DNA of 64,000 bases, taken from NCBI GenBank assembly GCA_964036045.1, contig OZ038379.1, positions 66,526,001-66,590,000 of the forward strand. Direction: 5' to 3'. Positions 35,461 through 48,559 of this stretch are shown here, piece after piece. The number at the start of each line of letters is the position of its first letter. Position 1 is the first letter of the stretch. Both the position numbers and the translations under genes were made by a program. The DNA is from Eutreptiella sp. 'Long Island Sound 2002'. Taxonomy: Eukaryota > Protista > Euglenida. The notes below the pieces were generated by a model, which searched no databases, was not told the DNA's origin, and saw nothing but the letters and a program-made list of their open reading frames with translations.

Positions 35461-37862
35461 CCCCAGCCACCCGCTCCCCCGGGCGGTTGTCGTTCGCCGG
35501 CTTACGCTTACCCTACTTGGCGGTTCGAGTCTGCTAGTTCAGCCCGGGGTGCCTCAGCTTTGTCCGCCCCCCCCCCCCCCCCTATTCTTTCGTGTTGGGG
35601 AGCGTGGGCTGTGAAGGGGGGGTGATATGCAGGTGCCTATCATCTCACCTTCCAGTGCACACGGCAATTAGCAAGCACGAAGCGAATCAATGGGGCAGGA
35701 GGGCAAGAGATAGTAAGTGGTTTCCTAGTCACCCATGGCGGTAGTTGCCTCGTGTCGGCTGAGTCGTCAGTGGCCCATGTCTGCTCCCTCCCGTGCCCTT
35801 ATTACTTATTGGAGGAGGAACGTACCCGGGTGGGGACGGAAAATGATGATGTGCGGGCAGCGGGGAGGACGTATTGTATGCCATAACGGCTTCTTGCGCC
35901 ATCCGTCGCCGTTGTCGAGGGGAGGGCGCGTGCGTTGGCACCTAACAGCCAGGGGGGCGGGAGTCGACATCCCATCCTTTCCCTCGTGTCTGTGTCTCCA
36001 CTTCCAAGCGGACTGATACCGGTGACTCAGTCTCCGCCCGTTGGTAGTGGCGGCTGCAAAGCGGTCGTTCGCTCTCGCCCCCCCGGGTCACTGTCACACC
36101 CCGAGCGTGATGGTTGCCACTCAAGTTGTTTGGCTGTGATACGGGGAGGCGGGCGGGGGATTTTTGGCATCCCCTGGACATCTCATTAGGCTGCATAGTC
36201 CGTGCCGAAGAGGGCCCACCGGATGGCGCCGTTGGTGCTCTTCCCCTCTGCCCGCACGCACAATCCGCCATCCATTCATGCTTCATGAACACAGACACGG
36301 GGGGCCCAACGGATGGCGCCGTTGGTGCCCGTCCCCTCCGCGATGTCTCTCTTTTTCATCTCCATGCCAGCTGAGAAGGGGCACCGCGGTAACTCCCGGC
36401 ATATGTTCAAGGTGCGGAATGAGCATGACACTCAACACAGCAATTTGTGACCCCCTACCTTCGCCCCTCTCTCTTCCGCTCTGCATTGTATCCCTCCCCT
36501 CTTCCGCCCCTCCGCCTTCCCTGGTGCGCGTTGCACTCAGCACAACAACCCTTGTTCCCTGTCTCTCTCTTCCGCCGACCCAGTCCCCTCCTGCCCCTGT
36601 TGTTGCTACCCTCTTGCCTTGCCCCTCCCCCTTCTCTGCACTTGTCTCCCTCCCTACCGCTTTCCCTCTCGGCACCCACTCAGCACTACGCGTTGCGAGC
36701 ACCAGCTCACCTGCTCTTACTTGCCTGTGCCCCCTCCATGCGCGCAATTAGCATGACACCAGTGCCCGGCGAGTGCGGGGGGTCCAGTGGATGGCGTCAC
36801 TGGCGCCCGTCCCCTTTGCGCGCCACATTCATTTCGCGGTACGGGAGGCTCTGCGGACGGCACCACTAGCGCCCTTCCTCTTCGTGCCCACACATCTTGT
36901 CCCCATTTGCGCCCGTCCAAGCATCCATGGTCACATTTTTGTCTTAATGTGACTGCAATGAGATATACTTCATACCCAGGTGGTACACATAGCATGTTCA
37001 TGTACATCAGGCCATGCAATTAGGACAACTCGGAGCAGGGCAAGCTAGGCCTACCCTCTCCTGCTCCTTGCCCCTCCCCTTGGTCCCTAGCACCGCTGCT
37101 CCCCTCTCTGCCCTCTCCTCCCTCCGTGTGCCCCCTTGCCCTCGTTCTATCACTTAGCTCTCTCATCCCCCTCCCCTCTCTTGGCAGCGTCCCGTGCCCT
37201 CCATGGCTGCCCTCCCTTGCCTATTTGTGCCAAGGGCAATAAGCATGACAATGAGCGAAGCAATCAGCGCGACAGCCCCGGCTCTATCCTACCGTTTCCT
37301 GTTCTTCCCCGTGCTTGGCTAGTTGGGACTTTGCCCCGCCGGTATTCTGGCCCCGTTGCTCCGTCCTACCCCGGCTCCCTCTTTCTGTGCGCACACTGAA
37401 TAAAGCATCTAGCGAGGTTTCCCCTTTCCCACTCCCCCCTCTCCCTTTCCGCGCCTGCGCCTTGGGCTTCCCCGGTGCCCTGGCCCTCTCTCTCCCTCTG
37501 GCTGTCATGCCCGTACCACCTGTGTTTGCACACACAGTAAGCAAGGCACTAAGCACAACATTGAGCGAAGCAATCAGCACGACACTCACCTGCACTACCG
37601 TCATTGTCACCGTTGGACTGCCCCATGAGCTGCATGAGTTGCCGCCCCATGTGGGCCGCACGGTGCGGCCGCCCGCTGCTCCCACAGCCCCAGTAGGAGC
37701 CGCTGCCGCGGGTGGCCGGTCCATGTGTCGCGGGGGGCACGGCCCTGGTAGACCCCGGCTGCCCCCTAGCCAAGGTTTCACTGTACCCCCCGCGGCGCGT
37801 GGTCGCCGGGTGGTATCCATCAAAAGTTCTTGCAAGAGATGGAAAAAAGAGTTACATACATA

Positions 37863-37865
<3 letters not shown>

Positions 37866-37892
<27 letters not shown>
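37866..37892. repeat. (CA)n microsatellite, near the possible 5' boundary of the LINE
   Basis: Seen directly. Confidence 0.9.
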
Positions 37893-37893
<1 letters not shown>

Positions 37894-38340
37894 ATCATCC
37901 AATCTACACCCCTCTCCCGAACTCTAGGTGGCTCCACCATAGGGCTCTAAGGTACGTGTAAAGGGTACCACTTGGTGCATACCTGTCGCGGAAGAGACAA
38001 AAATCGGTCAAAACGGGCTCAAAATGGGCTTATTTTCTTTTCTTGTGCACCGCAAATGGTCTAGGATCACGTTTGGAAAACACACTTTTGACCCGTTTTT
38101 GACCTTTTTTTGGTCCCAAAACGGCCCATTTTCAAGGCATTTGGGGACTTTCCCCGTGCCAAAACGGGTCACCACAGGCTCAAAATGGGCTAAACACTCT
38201 TGGTTGAGCACCCCAAGCGGCCAAGGAACAACTTTGGAAAAAAAATTCGCCCCTAGGACCTTGGCGGACCCATCGTTGGCCCCCACCGTGCACAGACCGG
38301 GCTGCCCCCCGGCTCCATCAAGTGACCACTGGTACGAGGG

Positions 38341-39528
38341 TCTAGGCGTCTCGTTGGGCGACTGCGAGGCTCGGAAACCACAAAAAGTGGGGGGTTGCAG
38401 GTGGACTAGGTGCACCCGGAATTCTGTTTTGAGCCACGTAGCCCAACATACGGCCCGTTCTTTGTTTTGGGGCTATTTGACACAAATAGCGCACATTCAA
38501 GCCATTTTTAGCCATTTTTGGGCCGTTTTTCGCACATATCGTGGAGTTAGAGGGCAACAAAGGGCTCTTGGTCACGGGGCAATCAAGGTGCAATGTGAAG
38601 TGTAGCCACCGTTTTCCTTCGTTTCGCCATCTTGGGTTGGTTTCGGGGCCGTTTTGGGCCAAAAAAGGCTGTTACGGGGCACCAAATCCTAGTTTTTTGG
38701 GGGGGGGTACCTCCGGACTTCGCGCCCCCGCCCCGGGCCGCCACCGGTGACTTCTTGGCTGAAAACTTGGATTTGGCGAGGGCACCACTTGGGCTCTAGG
38801 ATGGCTAGAGTAGAGTAGAGGCCGGAGCAATGTGGCGAAGCAATGGTCAAAACAAAAAGGAGAAGTGCTTGTTGTTGTTGTTGCTTGCTTGTTAGGTAGA
38901 TTTTTGTGGAGAGGGGTGTGGTAAATTTACTACACCCCTCTCCCCTTAAGTCTGGCGAACAACAAGAACAACAACAAGCAAGCAAGCAAGCTGGCACGTG
39001 ACGCGTGCGTTTTGGATGTTGCTCCGTCCCAACGACTCGGACCCGTCCCTAGTCTAATCATCGTATTTCCTAGGTGGTGGCCTTGCTGGATCCAAGTTTT
39101 GAGCCAAAAACTCACCGTGGTGCCCCGGAGCAGGGGCGCCAAGTCGGAAGGTGCCCTTCCAAAATTGCGCATTTTGTGCCCCAAACGGGCATTTTTTTTG
39201 GCCCAAAACGGCCCTCAAACCCACCCAAAATGGCCAAACGAAGGGAAACGGTTGCTGCATCGGGCGTGTGCCTTGATTGCCCGGTGATCAAGAGCCTTTT
39301 GTTGCCCTCTAACTACACGACATGTCCGAGAACCAGCCCAAAAAATGGCCAAAAATGGCTTGAATGTGCGCTGTTTGTGTCAAATAGGCCGAAAACCAAG
39401 AACGGGCCGTATCTTGGGCAACGTGGCTCAAAACCAAATTCCGAGAGCACCTGGTCCACCCGCAACGCCCTCCTTTTGGTGGTTTCCAAGCCTCAGAATC
39501 GCCCAAGGAGACGCCTGGACGCCCGTTG
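38341..39528. mobile_element. ~1.2-kb foldback (long inverted repeat) structure
   Basis: Arms ~38341-38800 and ~39065-39528 are diverged reverse complements. Central 36-bp palindrome GGAGAGGGGTGTGGTAAATTTACTACACCCCTCTCC (38908-38943, one G-T pair), flanked by TTG/GCTT and CAA/GCAA runs. Confidence 0.75.
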
Positions 39529-39529
39529 A

Positions 39530-42500
39530 TGTATGGTCGGGTCTAGATTTTGAAATGTATTAAGGGAGAGGGTCTAATCCCCTGCACAAATGCTTCGTTG
39601 ATGTATGGCAAGGTGTGCAGTCTACAACATCTCAGCACACTTGGTTTAGTACCCCTTACAAGTGCTGCGCCGAAAGGTTGTAGGGTCCAAAGCCTTCAAT
39701 GTATCAACGCAAGGGTTCCAATTCCCTGTACAGCTGTTGTGTTGATATATTGTAGGGTCTACACCCTCAAATGTATCAACGCAACGGGTGTAATCCCCTG
39801 TACAATCGTTGTGTTGAGACATATATACCCTGTAACCCTGTAACCCATCTATACCCTGTAACGTATTGCCAATGGCAGTCTATTCCCCTATACGAAGGCT
39901 CCGTTCATATATTGCATGGTTTGGATCTTGAAATTGATCAACGTAGGGGGTAGTTCCCTGTACATGAGCCGCGGTGATATATTGCAGCGTTTGAACGCTA
40001 AAGTCTATGAATGTAGGGGGTGTGTCCCCCTGCACAAGTGCTGTGTTGATATGTTGCGAGGTGTAAACGCTACAATCTATCAACACCGGGGGTCTACTTG
40101 TTTGTGCAAGGGCGACATAGATGTATTGAAGCGTCTAGAACGTGAAATGGATCAACATAGGATGTCTACTCCGGTGTACAAGTGCTGCATGATTACATTG
40201 CCGGGTGTAGACTGTGCATGTACCCATGCAGGCATTTTACTACCCTATACAAGTGCTCTGTCTCGCTATGGCTTCATCTAGACCCTACAATTTACCAATG
40301 CACAGGGCCTACTCCCATGTACAAGGGCGGCACGGATATATTGCAGGTTCTAGACCGTCACATGCATCAATGCACGGGTTCCACTCGCCTATACAAGTGA
40401 TGTGTGGATAGATTTGAGGAATTGCATTCTACATTTATCAACGTAGGGGGTCGCCTCCCGTGTGCAAGGGCTGTAGTGATATTTTCTAGGATCTAGACCA
40501 TGCAATATACCGAGGCAAGGGGTCTACTCCCTTGTACAAGTGCTCCGTTCATATATTGTAGGGTCTAGACCATGCAATGTATCAAGGCACAGGGTCTACT
40601 CCTCCTGTACAAGGGTTTTGTTGATACATTGTACGTTCTAGACTGTGCAATGTATCAACGCAAGGGGTGTACTCCCCTGCATAAGTGCTATGTTGATACG
40701 TCTCACGGTACAGACGCTTCAATGTATCACCCCAATTTGTTCAGTCCCCTGTACAAGTGGTGTGTTCATACATTGCCGGGTCTAGACTCTGCAACGTATC
40801 AATGCACGGTTTCTACTCCCTTGTACAAGTGCCGTGTTGATATATTGTAGGCTCTAGACCTGGAAATGTATCAAGGGAGGGGGTCTAGTGCTCGGTTGAC
40901 GTGCTAGGTTGATATATTGCAAGGTTTTGGAGCCTACAACATATCAGCACGCGGGGTGCATTCCCTTGTACAAGTGGTGCGCCAAAACATTATAGGGTCT
41001 AGACCCTTCAATGTATCAACGTAGGGGGTCAAATCTCCTATACAACGTTTGCGTTGATAAATTGCGAGGTCTAGACCTCGCAAAATATCAACACAGGCGG
41101 TCCCCTGCCCCGTACAATTGCTGTGTTGATGCATTGCAGGGTCTATACCCTTCAATGTCTCAACGTTGGGGTTCTAATCCCGTGTAAAATTTCTACGTTG
41201 ATATATTGCACAGTCCAGACCCTTAAATGTATGAACGCAGGGGGTCTGATCCCCTATTCAAGTGTTGCATTGATACATTGAAGGTTCTACACCCTGCAAT
41301 GTATACCGCATATGGTGTGCTGCCCCATAGAGGTGTTGTGTTGATATAGTGCCAGGTCTAGACATAGCAATGTATCAACGAACAGGGTGTACTCCCCATA
41401 GAGGTGCTGGGTTTGGACCTCGAAAGGTATCAAGGCAGGGGGTCTACTCCCCTATACAAGCGCTGTGTTGATGCATTGAAGTGTCTCCAGCCTCTAGTAT
41501 ATCAAGGTAGGGGCTGTGGTCCGCTGCATCAGTGCTGCGGTGATATCTTACGAGGTCTAGACGTTGCTATTTATCAACACCGGGTTCGACTCCCTTATAC
41601 TAGCGCCACGTGGATGTATTGCAGGCTCTAGCCAGTGAAATGGATCGACACGCGGTATCCACTCCCCTGTACAAGTGCTGCATGAATACATTGCCGGTTC
41701 TAGACCTTGGATGTATCCACGCAAGCGGTTTACTTCCGTGTTTCAAGATGGCAATGTCGAACCCCATAGGGACCCATAGGGTCTACTCCCATGTACAAGG
41801 GCGACCTTAATATGTTGCAGGATGTAGACCGTCAAATGCATCAACTCACATGGTCCACTCCCCTATACAAATGCCGTGTGGGTAGATTTCCGGATTTGCA
41901 TCCGACATGTATCAAGGTAGGGGGTGTGCTCCTGTGTACAAGGGCTGTGCTGATATATTATGGGGTCTAGACCATGCAATGTATCAAGGCAAGGGGTCTC
42001 CTCCCTTGTACAAGTGCTCCGTTCATATATTGTAGGGTCTAGACCATGCAATGTATCAAGGCATGAGGTCTACTCCCCCTGTACACGGGTTGTGTTGATA
42101 CATTGTACGTTCTAGACCCTGCAATGTATCAATGCAAGGGGTGTACTCCCCCGCATAAGTGCTATGTTGATATATCTTCCGGTATAGACGCTTCAATGTA
42201 TCACCGGATTTCGTTTCGTCCCAGTACGAGTGGTGCGTTGCTGTATTGCAAGGTTTAGATCCTTCAATATATCAACAGAGGGTGTCTACTCCCTTGCACA
42301 AGTACCACGTTGATATTCTGTAGGGTCTAGACCCTAAAATGTATCAACGGAGGGGTTCTAATCTCCTATACAAGTGCTACAGCGGCACGTTGTAGGGCGT
42401 GGAGCCTACGAGATATCGACTCACACGATTTATTTCCCTGGACAAGTGCTACATCGAAACGTTGCATGGTCTAGACCCCTGAATGTATCAACGTACGGCG

Positions 42501-42980
42501 TTGACTCACTTGTACATGGGCTGCCTTGATATTTTACGTGGTCTACACCCTGCAAAGTATCAACGCAAGGGGTCTACTTCCCTTTACAAGTGTTGCATTG
42601 AGATATTGCAGGGTCTAGACCCTTCAACGTATCAACGTAGGGCTTCTAATCCCATGTACAAGTGGCATGTTGATATATTGCAGGGTCTAGACGCTCAGAC
42701 ATATTAACAGGGGTGGTTCAATCCCCTGTACAAGTGCGGCATTGATACATTGAAGGGTTCAGACCCTGCAATATATCACTGCAGTCAGTTTGCTCCCCTA
42801 TACAAGTGTTGTGTTGATATATTGTCGGTTCTAGACGCCGCAGTTCATCAACACCGTGGGTCTACTTCTTTGTACAAGAGCGACGTTGATGTGTTGTAGG
42901 GTCTAGACCGTGAAATGGATCAACACAGGGTGTCTACCCCCCGTGTACAAGTGCCGCATGGACATATTGCCGGGTGTACA
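39530..42980. repeat. Degenerate 72-bp satellite with palindromic monomer and ~1.3-1.5-kb higher-order similarity
   Basis: TCTAGA anchors at 40637, 40709, 40781 and 40853 (72-bp spacing). Consensus GTTGATATATTGCAGGG-TCTAGA-CCCTGCAATGTATCAAC is a ~40-bp palindrome. Rare variant GTGAAATGGATC at 40142, 41635 and 42910. Confidence 0.85.
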
Positions 42981-42984
42981 AGTG

Positions 42985-44480
42985 CCTACACCGCTATAGG
43001 ATGCATCGTGTTGGGTGCATGGAGGGTGTACCCCCGATGGTATTGAATACGTGGAATGTACATGGATCTACGCCCCCATAGCCTTTACCCTTGGGGTATA
43101 GAGGGTTGTGCCCCCTTGTAGGATTTAACATGTGGGGTGTATAGAATTCTCCACCTTTGCATGGATCACGCGTGTGGTGTACCATGGCCAACACCTATGT
43201 CGGATTTAACGCTGGGGATGTTTCGAGGTGTACACCGATGTGGCATTTAATAGGTAGGGTGTACATGGGTCTACACCTCTGTAGGATTGAATGTGTGAGG
43301 TCTGGAGGATTGTGCATACCTACATGAATTAAGATGACGGATGTGCATTGCTCTACACCTCTATAAGAGTTAACAAACTGGGTGCAAATAGGTATAAACC
43401 TTTGTACAATGCCACGCATGAGGTAATCAAGGGCCTACACCCCTGTCGCCTGTATTGCTTGGGGTTTGGAGGGGTCTACACTTTTGTAGGATTTAATTTG
43501 TGCGCCGTTCAGGGTTCCACAAATGTGTTGTATTTTACGCATGGGATGTATAGTGGACCGGAACCCTATCCGATTGAACACATCGTGTGTACAAGGTACT
43601 AACCCCTACAAAATTTCATGCTTGGGGTATACACGGGTCCACACCACTACAAAATTTTCGTCTGGGATCTAGAGGGTTCTACGGCGTCGTAGGATTACCA
43701 CGTGGCGTGTACACGGGACTAGACCAATGCACGATTTAATGTGTGGGCTGTACATGGGTCTACACCCTTGTAAGGTTTAACATAGGATATAGAGGGGTCT
43801 ATGCGCCTTTGGGGATCAGTGGGTAGGGTGAATAGCGGCCCACACCGTTGTACACGTTGGGTAGAAAGGGGTTGACAACCCTTGTAGGATTTAATGCATG
43901 GGGTGTACACAAGTCCTCAACCCTATAGGATGTAACACGTGGGGTGTAGACGGGTCCGCACCTCTACAGGAATTAAAGCATGCAATATAGAGGGCTCCAC
44001 ACCCTAGTAGAATTTCACACGTGGGGTGTTCACGGTTTTACATCCCTGTCAGATTGAACGGGTGGGGTATTCAAGCGTCCTCAATCCTAAGGGATTTAGT
44101 TTTCGGGGTATAGAGGGGTGTGAAGCCTTGTAGGATTTAAAGCTTGGGTCGTACACGGTTCCACGCACTTGTAGGCTCCAGTACGTGGGGTCTACGCTGC
44201 GTTAGGATCCAACGCGTGGGCCGCACAAGGTTCCATTCCCCTATAGGATTTAAAGCATGGTGTGTACAAGGGTATGCACCAATGTGGGACTTAACGCCTT
44301 TGGTGTACAAACGCCCCCACCACTGTAGGACTAAATGTGTGGGGTGTTGAGCGGTTTACACCCGCGTAGGATTCAAAGTGTGGGGTATGGAGGGGATTAC
44401 ACTGTTGTAGGATTTACTGTGTTGGGTATACAAGGGTCACACTATTCTAGGAAGTACAAGTGTACAAGGGTCTCCACCAC
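42985..44480. repeat. Degenerate ~41-bp satellite
   Basis: Same motifs as 870-2150. Confidence 0.8.
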
Positions 44481-45097
44481 TCTGAGACGAGGTATGTCGG
44501 TCTGCACCCGCGCAAGGGGGGGGGGGAGGGTGCAAAAAAAATTGGCCGTATCACTGTTTTTTTGTTCCTCCCCCCTTGGGGGGAGTACAGCCCGGAAAAA
44601 AAACCAGTCCAAGGCCTAAACAAATTTCGAAACCCCAATTTTTTCCAAAGAACATTCCACGGACCACCTCTTGCAGCCCACTGGTTGCTTTTTCATGTGG
44701 TTTACGTGTAGCCTACATCATGCTTTGAGGTCCCCAAACGTTCCCCATTTTGCCGGTACAAATTTGGTAGTCTTGCATATTCCTATCCGCCCAAATTTCG
44801 GCCACCACAAAGCGAGGGTGCTTGCCATGGGGCCCCAAGAGTTTTGGCTTGGGGCAAAATTGGTCAAAATGACCTTGCGGTTTTCTAGGAGTAGTAGCAA
44901 TAGCACAAGTAGCAAACTGGGTGTGGCATAGGTGAGGGTTCGGCAATAGCACACGTAGCAAAGTACATGTGGCCTAGGTGAGGGTTCGGGAACCCTCCTT
45001 TGCATGCCATAGTGCTTCATACCGTTCCCTTGTTGCGGTTTTTTTTTTACTACCCCAGTTGAATTGGCAACGTTGCAACTAGTTTTGTGCACAAGCA

Positions 45098-46524
45098 ATG
45101 TTGAACCCCAATGCGGGCCTATTGGACATTGGTGGGGTGCAATGTAGTGGCATTGGCAGCCCATTTAGCGTGCTGTACGTTCCTGTTTTGGGCGCCACTA
45201 CCTCTTACACGACTTCTACAACATTGTTGACAACGGCACTGTCCTCAGCATGTATGCTGGTCATGCGGTACACCCCCCTAGAGGCCATTTGTGTTGCTAT
45301 TAGGGCAGAAACCACTTGGATCACACGAGGTGGCAGGTGGCGTGCTAATTGCACCGTTACGTCATTCCAAGTCCTGAAGTTGTTCGATGGCACCTCCTTT
45401 GAAGGCATGGAATTGATTCCTTGGGATAAAGCCAAGGAAACTTTGCTACGCCTTGCAACCACCCCTGCTCCACCAACCGCGCGCATTTGCTTGTTGATGG
45501 AGTACGAGGGTTTCTTGATTGGTGTGGGGAGCCGGAATGAAGGATGGTTTTATGTTGATGTACAAGGATCTCCCCGGGCTCCAAGTGGTGGTGCACGCTA
45601 TACCGAGTTTTCCACTATTGCGCAACTCGCCAACATTGTGCTACTTCCAGATGGTTTTGCATGGATCGCCACCTCAGCCCAAGCGCGGCGAATTTGGACA
45701 CTTACGGCCAGGGCCAAAAATTTGCCAAGCACAGTTGTACTATTCAAGACATCTGTTGGAGGCTTACTCGGGAGTGCGCAATGAATACACCAATGCTACA
45801 ATCTACACATATCATCACCACTCCTGCTGATGTGCATGAAGTTTTGCGCACCCTGGGGGTAGCAAATGCGACCAATTGCGCCACCTACGTTGCAAGCACC
45901 CATGCCCCCAAGTATTTCTTCGGCTTCTTCTACCCAAATAGTGCAGTCCGGCAACAATGTGAAAGAATACAAAAGGGCTTACAATGATGTTACTGGTGAC
46001 CATTGGTTTTGGTTGTGCGGGAAAAACTTGTCAAGATCAGTGCGGCCAAGTAGTAGCACGTTTGAGCAACATTGCAAGACCAGCCTGCAACACTTGCACT
46101 TCATGCAAGATAATCGCCCCCCTCAGCCACGGGACTCCACATTGTTGACCTTTTTTCCGGCAAAATGGTTCAGTGGGAATCCCAGCCCGCAATTGACTCC
46201 TACCATGCCTACGGCGACAACCACCCCAATTACCGAGCAATCCGTTGTGCGTACAAATTGCCACTCCCGCCCCCATCTTGTCCGAAAGTGCTGCCATTTG
46301 GAGTCAAAGATGCAAACCATTTCCGCCGGGCATATCCACTGCTACGCCACGAACATGAGAAGGCCTCATGGCGTCTAAGTGATGGCTTGGGCTTGGAATC
46401 GGCACACCCGCCGTGTACAGGCAAAGGATCCTATGGTTCCAAGGGGTGCATTGTACCATGTTTGGCATGTGCCGGTGTGAGGGGAAGTGTTGTGCTGCAT
46501 CATTGCATGGTTGAGGCTAGATAG
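45098..46524 (+). pseudogene. Accessory gene: papain-like/BPLF1 (C76)-like domain (weak) followed by a C2H2/U1-type zinc-finger-like motif
   Basis: GGVQC ... LIGVG....WFYVDVQGSPRAPSGGARYTEFSTIAQL resembles the QC...FDSH...G.A...F pattern but lacks the His. Downstream WFWLCGKNL.....TFEQHCKTSLQH; stops and frameshifts. Confidence 0.35.
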
Positions 46525-47128
46525 TCGTTGACCCAATTGAATGTAGCGGGCCCATGAGTGCACGGGCCAACTGCGGCCACTAGCGGTTTGGTCGTCCACG
46601 TTCACGGGGGGCTGCAGCTCTAACGGCTTAGCCATATCCTTCCACGTGTCCAAGAAGGCTTGCCGCGTTGGGATGGATCGCGGGAAAGTGTGGCCCGTAG
46701 CGGCCGTTCAGTCAATTTCCTCGCCGGGTCATGAACTTTGAGAGGTTGCGGAACCCCGTCTTTGTGACATTGAGGTCCATGAGGAGCCCAATAAACTCGG
46801 GCGCGGGAAAAAGGGGGGAGGCGTATTGTTTCACCGCCTCCACTTGCTTAGTACGAATAAGGGAGGGGTAGCTAACGTCCGTGGCCTCCGACCATCCCGC
46901 CCGGGCCAAGGGAGACGAACACACCCACTCACCAAGGAGTTGGGGGACCAACGGGTCCCGCAAACTCTTGGCTCCATTCAAACGCACAAGCGTCATGCTA
47001 AGCTCGAGAATAATGTCTCGAGGGAAAGGCATAACAAGTGCTACACAAGAGAAAAGGGGGTATGGAGTGGGGTTGGCGGTGGGCACGAAGAAGAGGACTA
47101 AGGCTTGGAGAGTACAATCGCCCGTCAT
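46520..47128 (-). pseudogene. N-terminal fragment of a transposase homologous to that of element B
   Basis: MPFPRDIILELSMTL..LLGEWVCSSPLA..KQVEAVKQYASPLFP..IGLLMDLNV..FMTRRG..DTWKDMAKPL aligns with B: MPFSRDTLLELSMTL..LLGEWVASSPLA..KQIEAVKQYASVLFP..IGLLMDLNV..FMTRRG..DTWKELVKPL. Catalytic core absent. Confidence 0.85.
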
Positions 47129-47474
47129 GGCCGTTCAGTACGTGACCCAAGTCTACTGTGGACCCCACGATGTCAATCTTCCCACCTGGCCCTTCCAGTT
47201 TCCTTGCCATTGTGTACATGTCCATTGCCTTACAGTGCTAGGTGATGGACTCCGCATGGTTCGGATGGCTCATCATGGCTGTTCAACGGGTGACCCATGT
47301 CCGTTGTGGACCCCACAACACCCATGTTTCCACCCGGTTGTTTCACTTCACACCATGAAACCATGGACACACCAGAGCCGTGGTGCCAAGGTATGGCACC
47401 CGCCCCACAACGACCTGCATTGGAGATCCAAGCTGGGTCACACAATGGAGATCCAAGGCGGGTTCACACAATGG

Positions 47475-47877
47475 AGATCCTCAAAGCATGGGGTATAGAC
47501 AGGTCTACACCTCTGTAGGATGTAACGCGTGAGGTATGTAGAGATTCACACCCATGTAGGATTTCACGCGGGGGTGTACATGGATATCCACCACTCTACG
47601 ACTCAATGTGTGCGGTCTACAGTGGTCTACACCCGCGGAGGATTGAAAGTGTGGGGTATAGAAGGGTCTGCACCATTTCAGGATTTACTGCGCGGGGTAC
47701 ATAGAGGTCCACATCCCTATATGAATTAACGCGTGGGGTGTACAAGGGTCTACACCACTCTCGGATTTAACGCGTCACTTGCTGCAGGGTCACCATTGTA
47801 GGATTCAATGCATGGGGTATACAAGGGTTTACACCCCTATATGATTTAACGGGTGCGGCCTAAAGGGGTCTACACTC
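47475..47877. repeat. Degenerate ~41-bp satellite (left flank of the hAT insertion)
   Basis: Monomer starts ~41 bp apart (47694, 47735). Confidence 0.8.
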
Positions 47878-48360
47878 CAGGATTGTGTATAGCGACCTAG
47901 TCGGCTATCAGACATCAGACATCAGACTTTTATGGACCATCACTCCCAACCCCCCCCCCCCACCCAACCCAACACCCTTTCTACCCCCCCCCCCCCGTGT
48001 CAGACTTCGCCCCCCCCTCCCCCGTGTCCCCCCCAATATCAGACTTGTCCCATTGTCACCACACCCTTGAGGTGTAGAAGTGGGTTGTGGTCTCAACCCT
48101 AGCGTCTGAAACCCAACCAGTGCTTGCAACCCCTTCAATGATGGTACGTGCCCCCCCCCCCCCACCCCACCCCACCCCATCTCTCTCACTCAAACCGATC
48201 GGGGGGCTCATATGTGACTGAAGACAAGTGGGAACAGAATCCTGATGTCTGGCCCAAGCAACCTCACCTGAGCTAATCGGGTCAGTTTTGCTGGTGGGGT
48301 GGGTGGGTGGGGGTTCATCGGTTGAGCCGGAACTGTGGAGAGGGGGGGTAGTGGGTTTCG

Positions 48361-48548
48361 AGCACGGCACAGCACAGCACGGCACAGCACAGCACATCAC
48401 AGCACATCACAGCACACCACAGCACAGCACAACATACAGCATAGCACAGCATATTACAGCACAACACAGCACAACACAGCCCCTACGGCCGCCCAAGAGA
48501 GCCTCCCTCCCTCCCTCCCTCCCTCCCTCCCCTCCCTCCCTCCCTCCC
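48361..48548. repeat. (CACAG)n and (CCCT)n simple repeats
   Basis: Seen directly. Confidence 0.9.
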
Positions 48549-48559
48549 ACCCTGTCATT

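Larger units (their letters stand above)
44500..47130. mobile_element. Element C: remnant of a transposon related to element B, with convergent accessory gene
   Basis: Interrupts the 41-bp satellite; carries a transposase N-terminal homolog and an opposite-strand coding region; TIR/TSD not identified. Confidence 0.55.

Noticed and set aside
46123-46320. Second Ulp1-like motif (CIFDS...TTDCSV) on the minus strand
   Set aside because: The opposite strand carries the more convincing zinc-finger-containing frame, and no catalytic His-Trp motif is present
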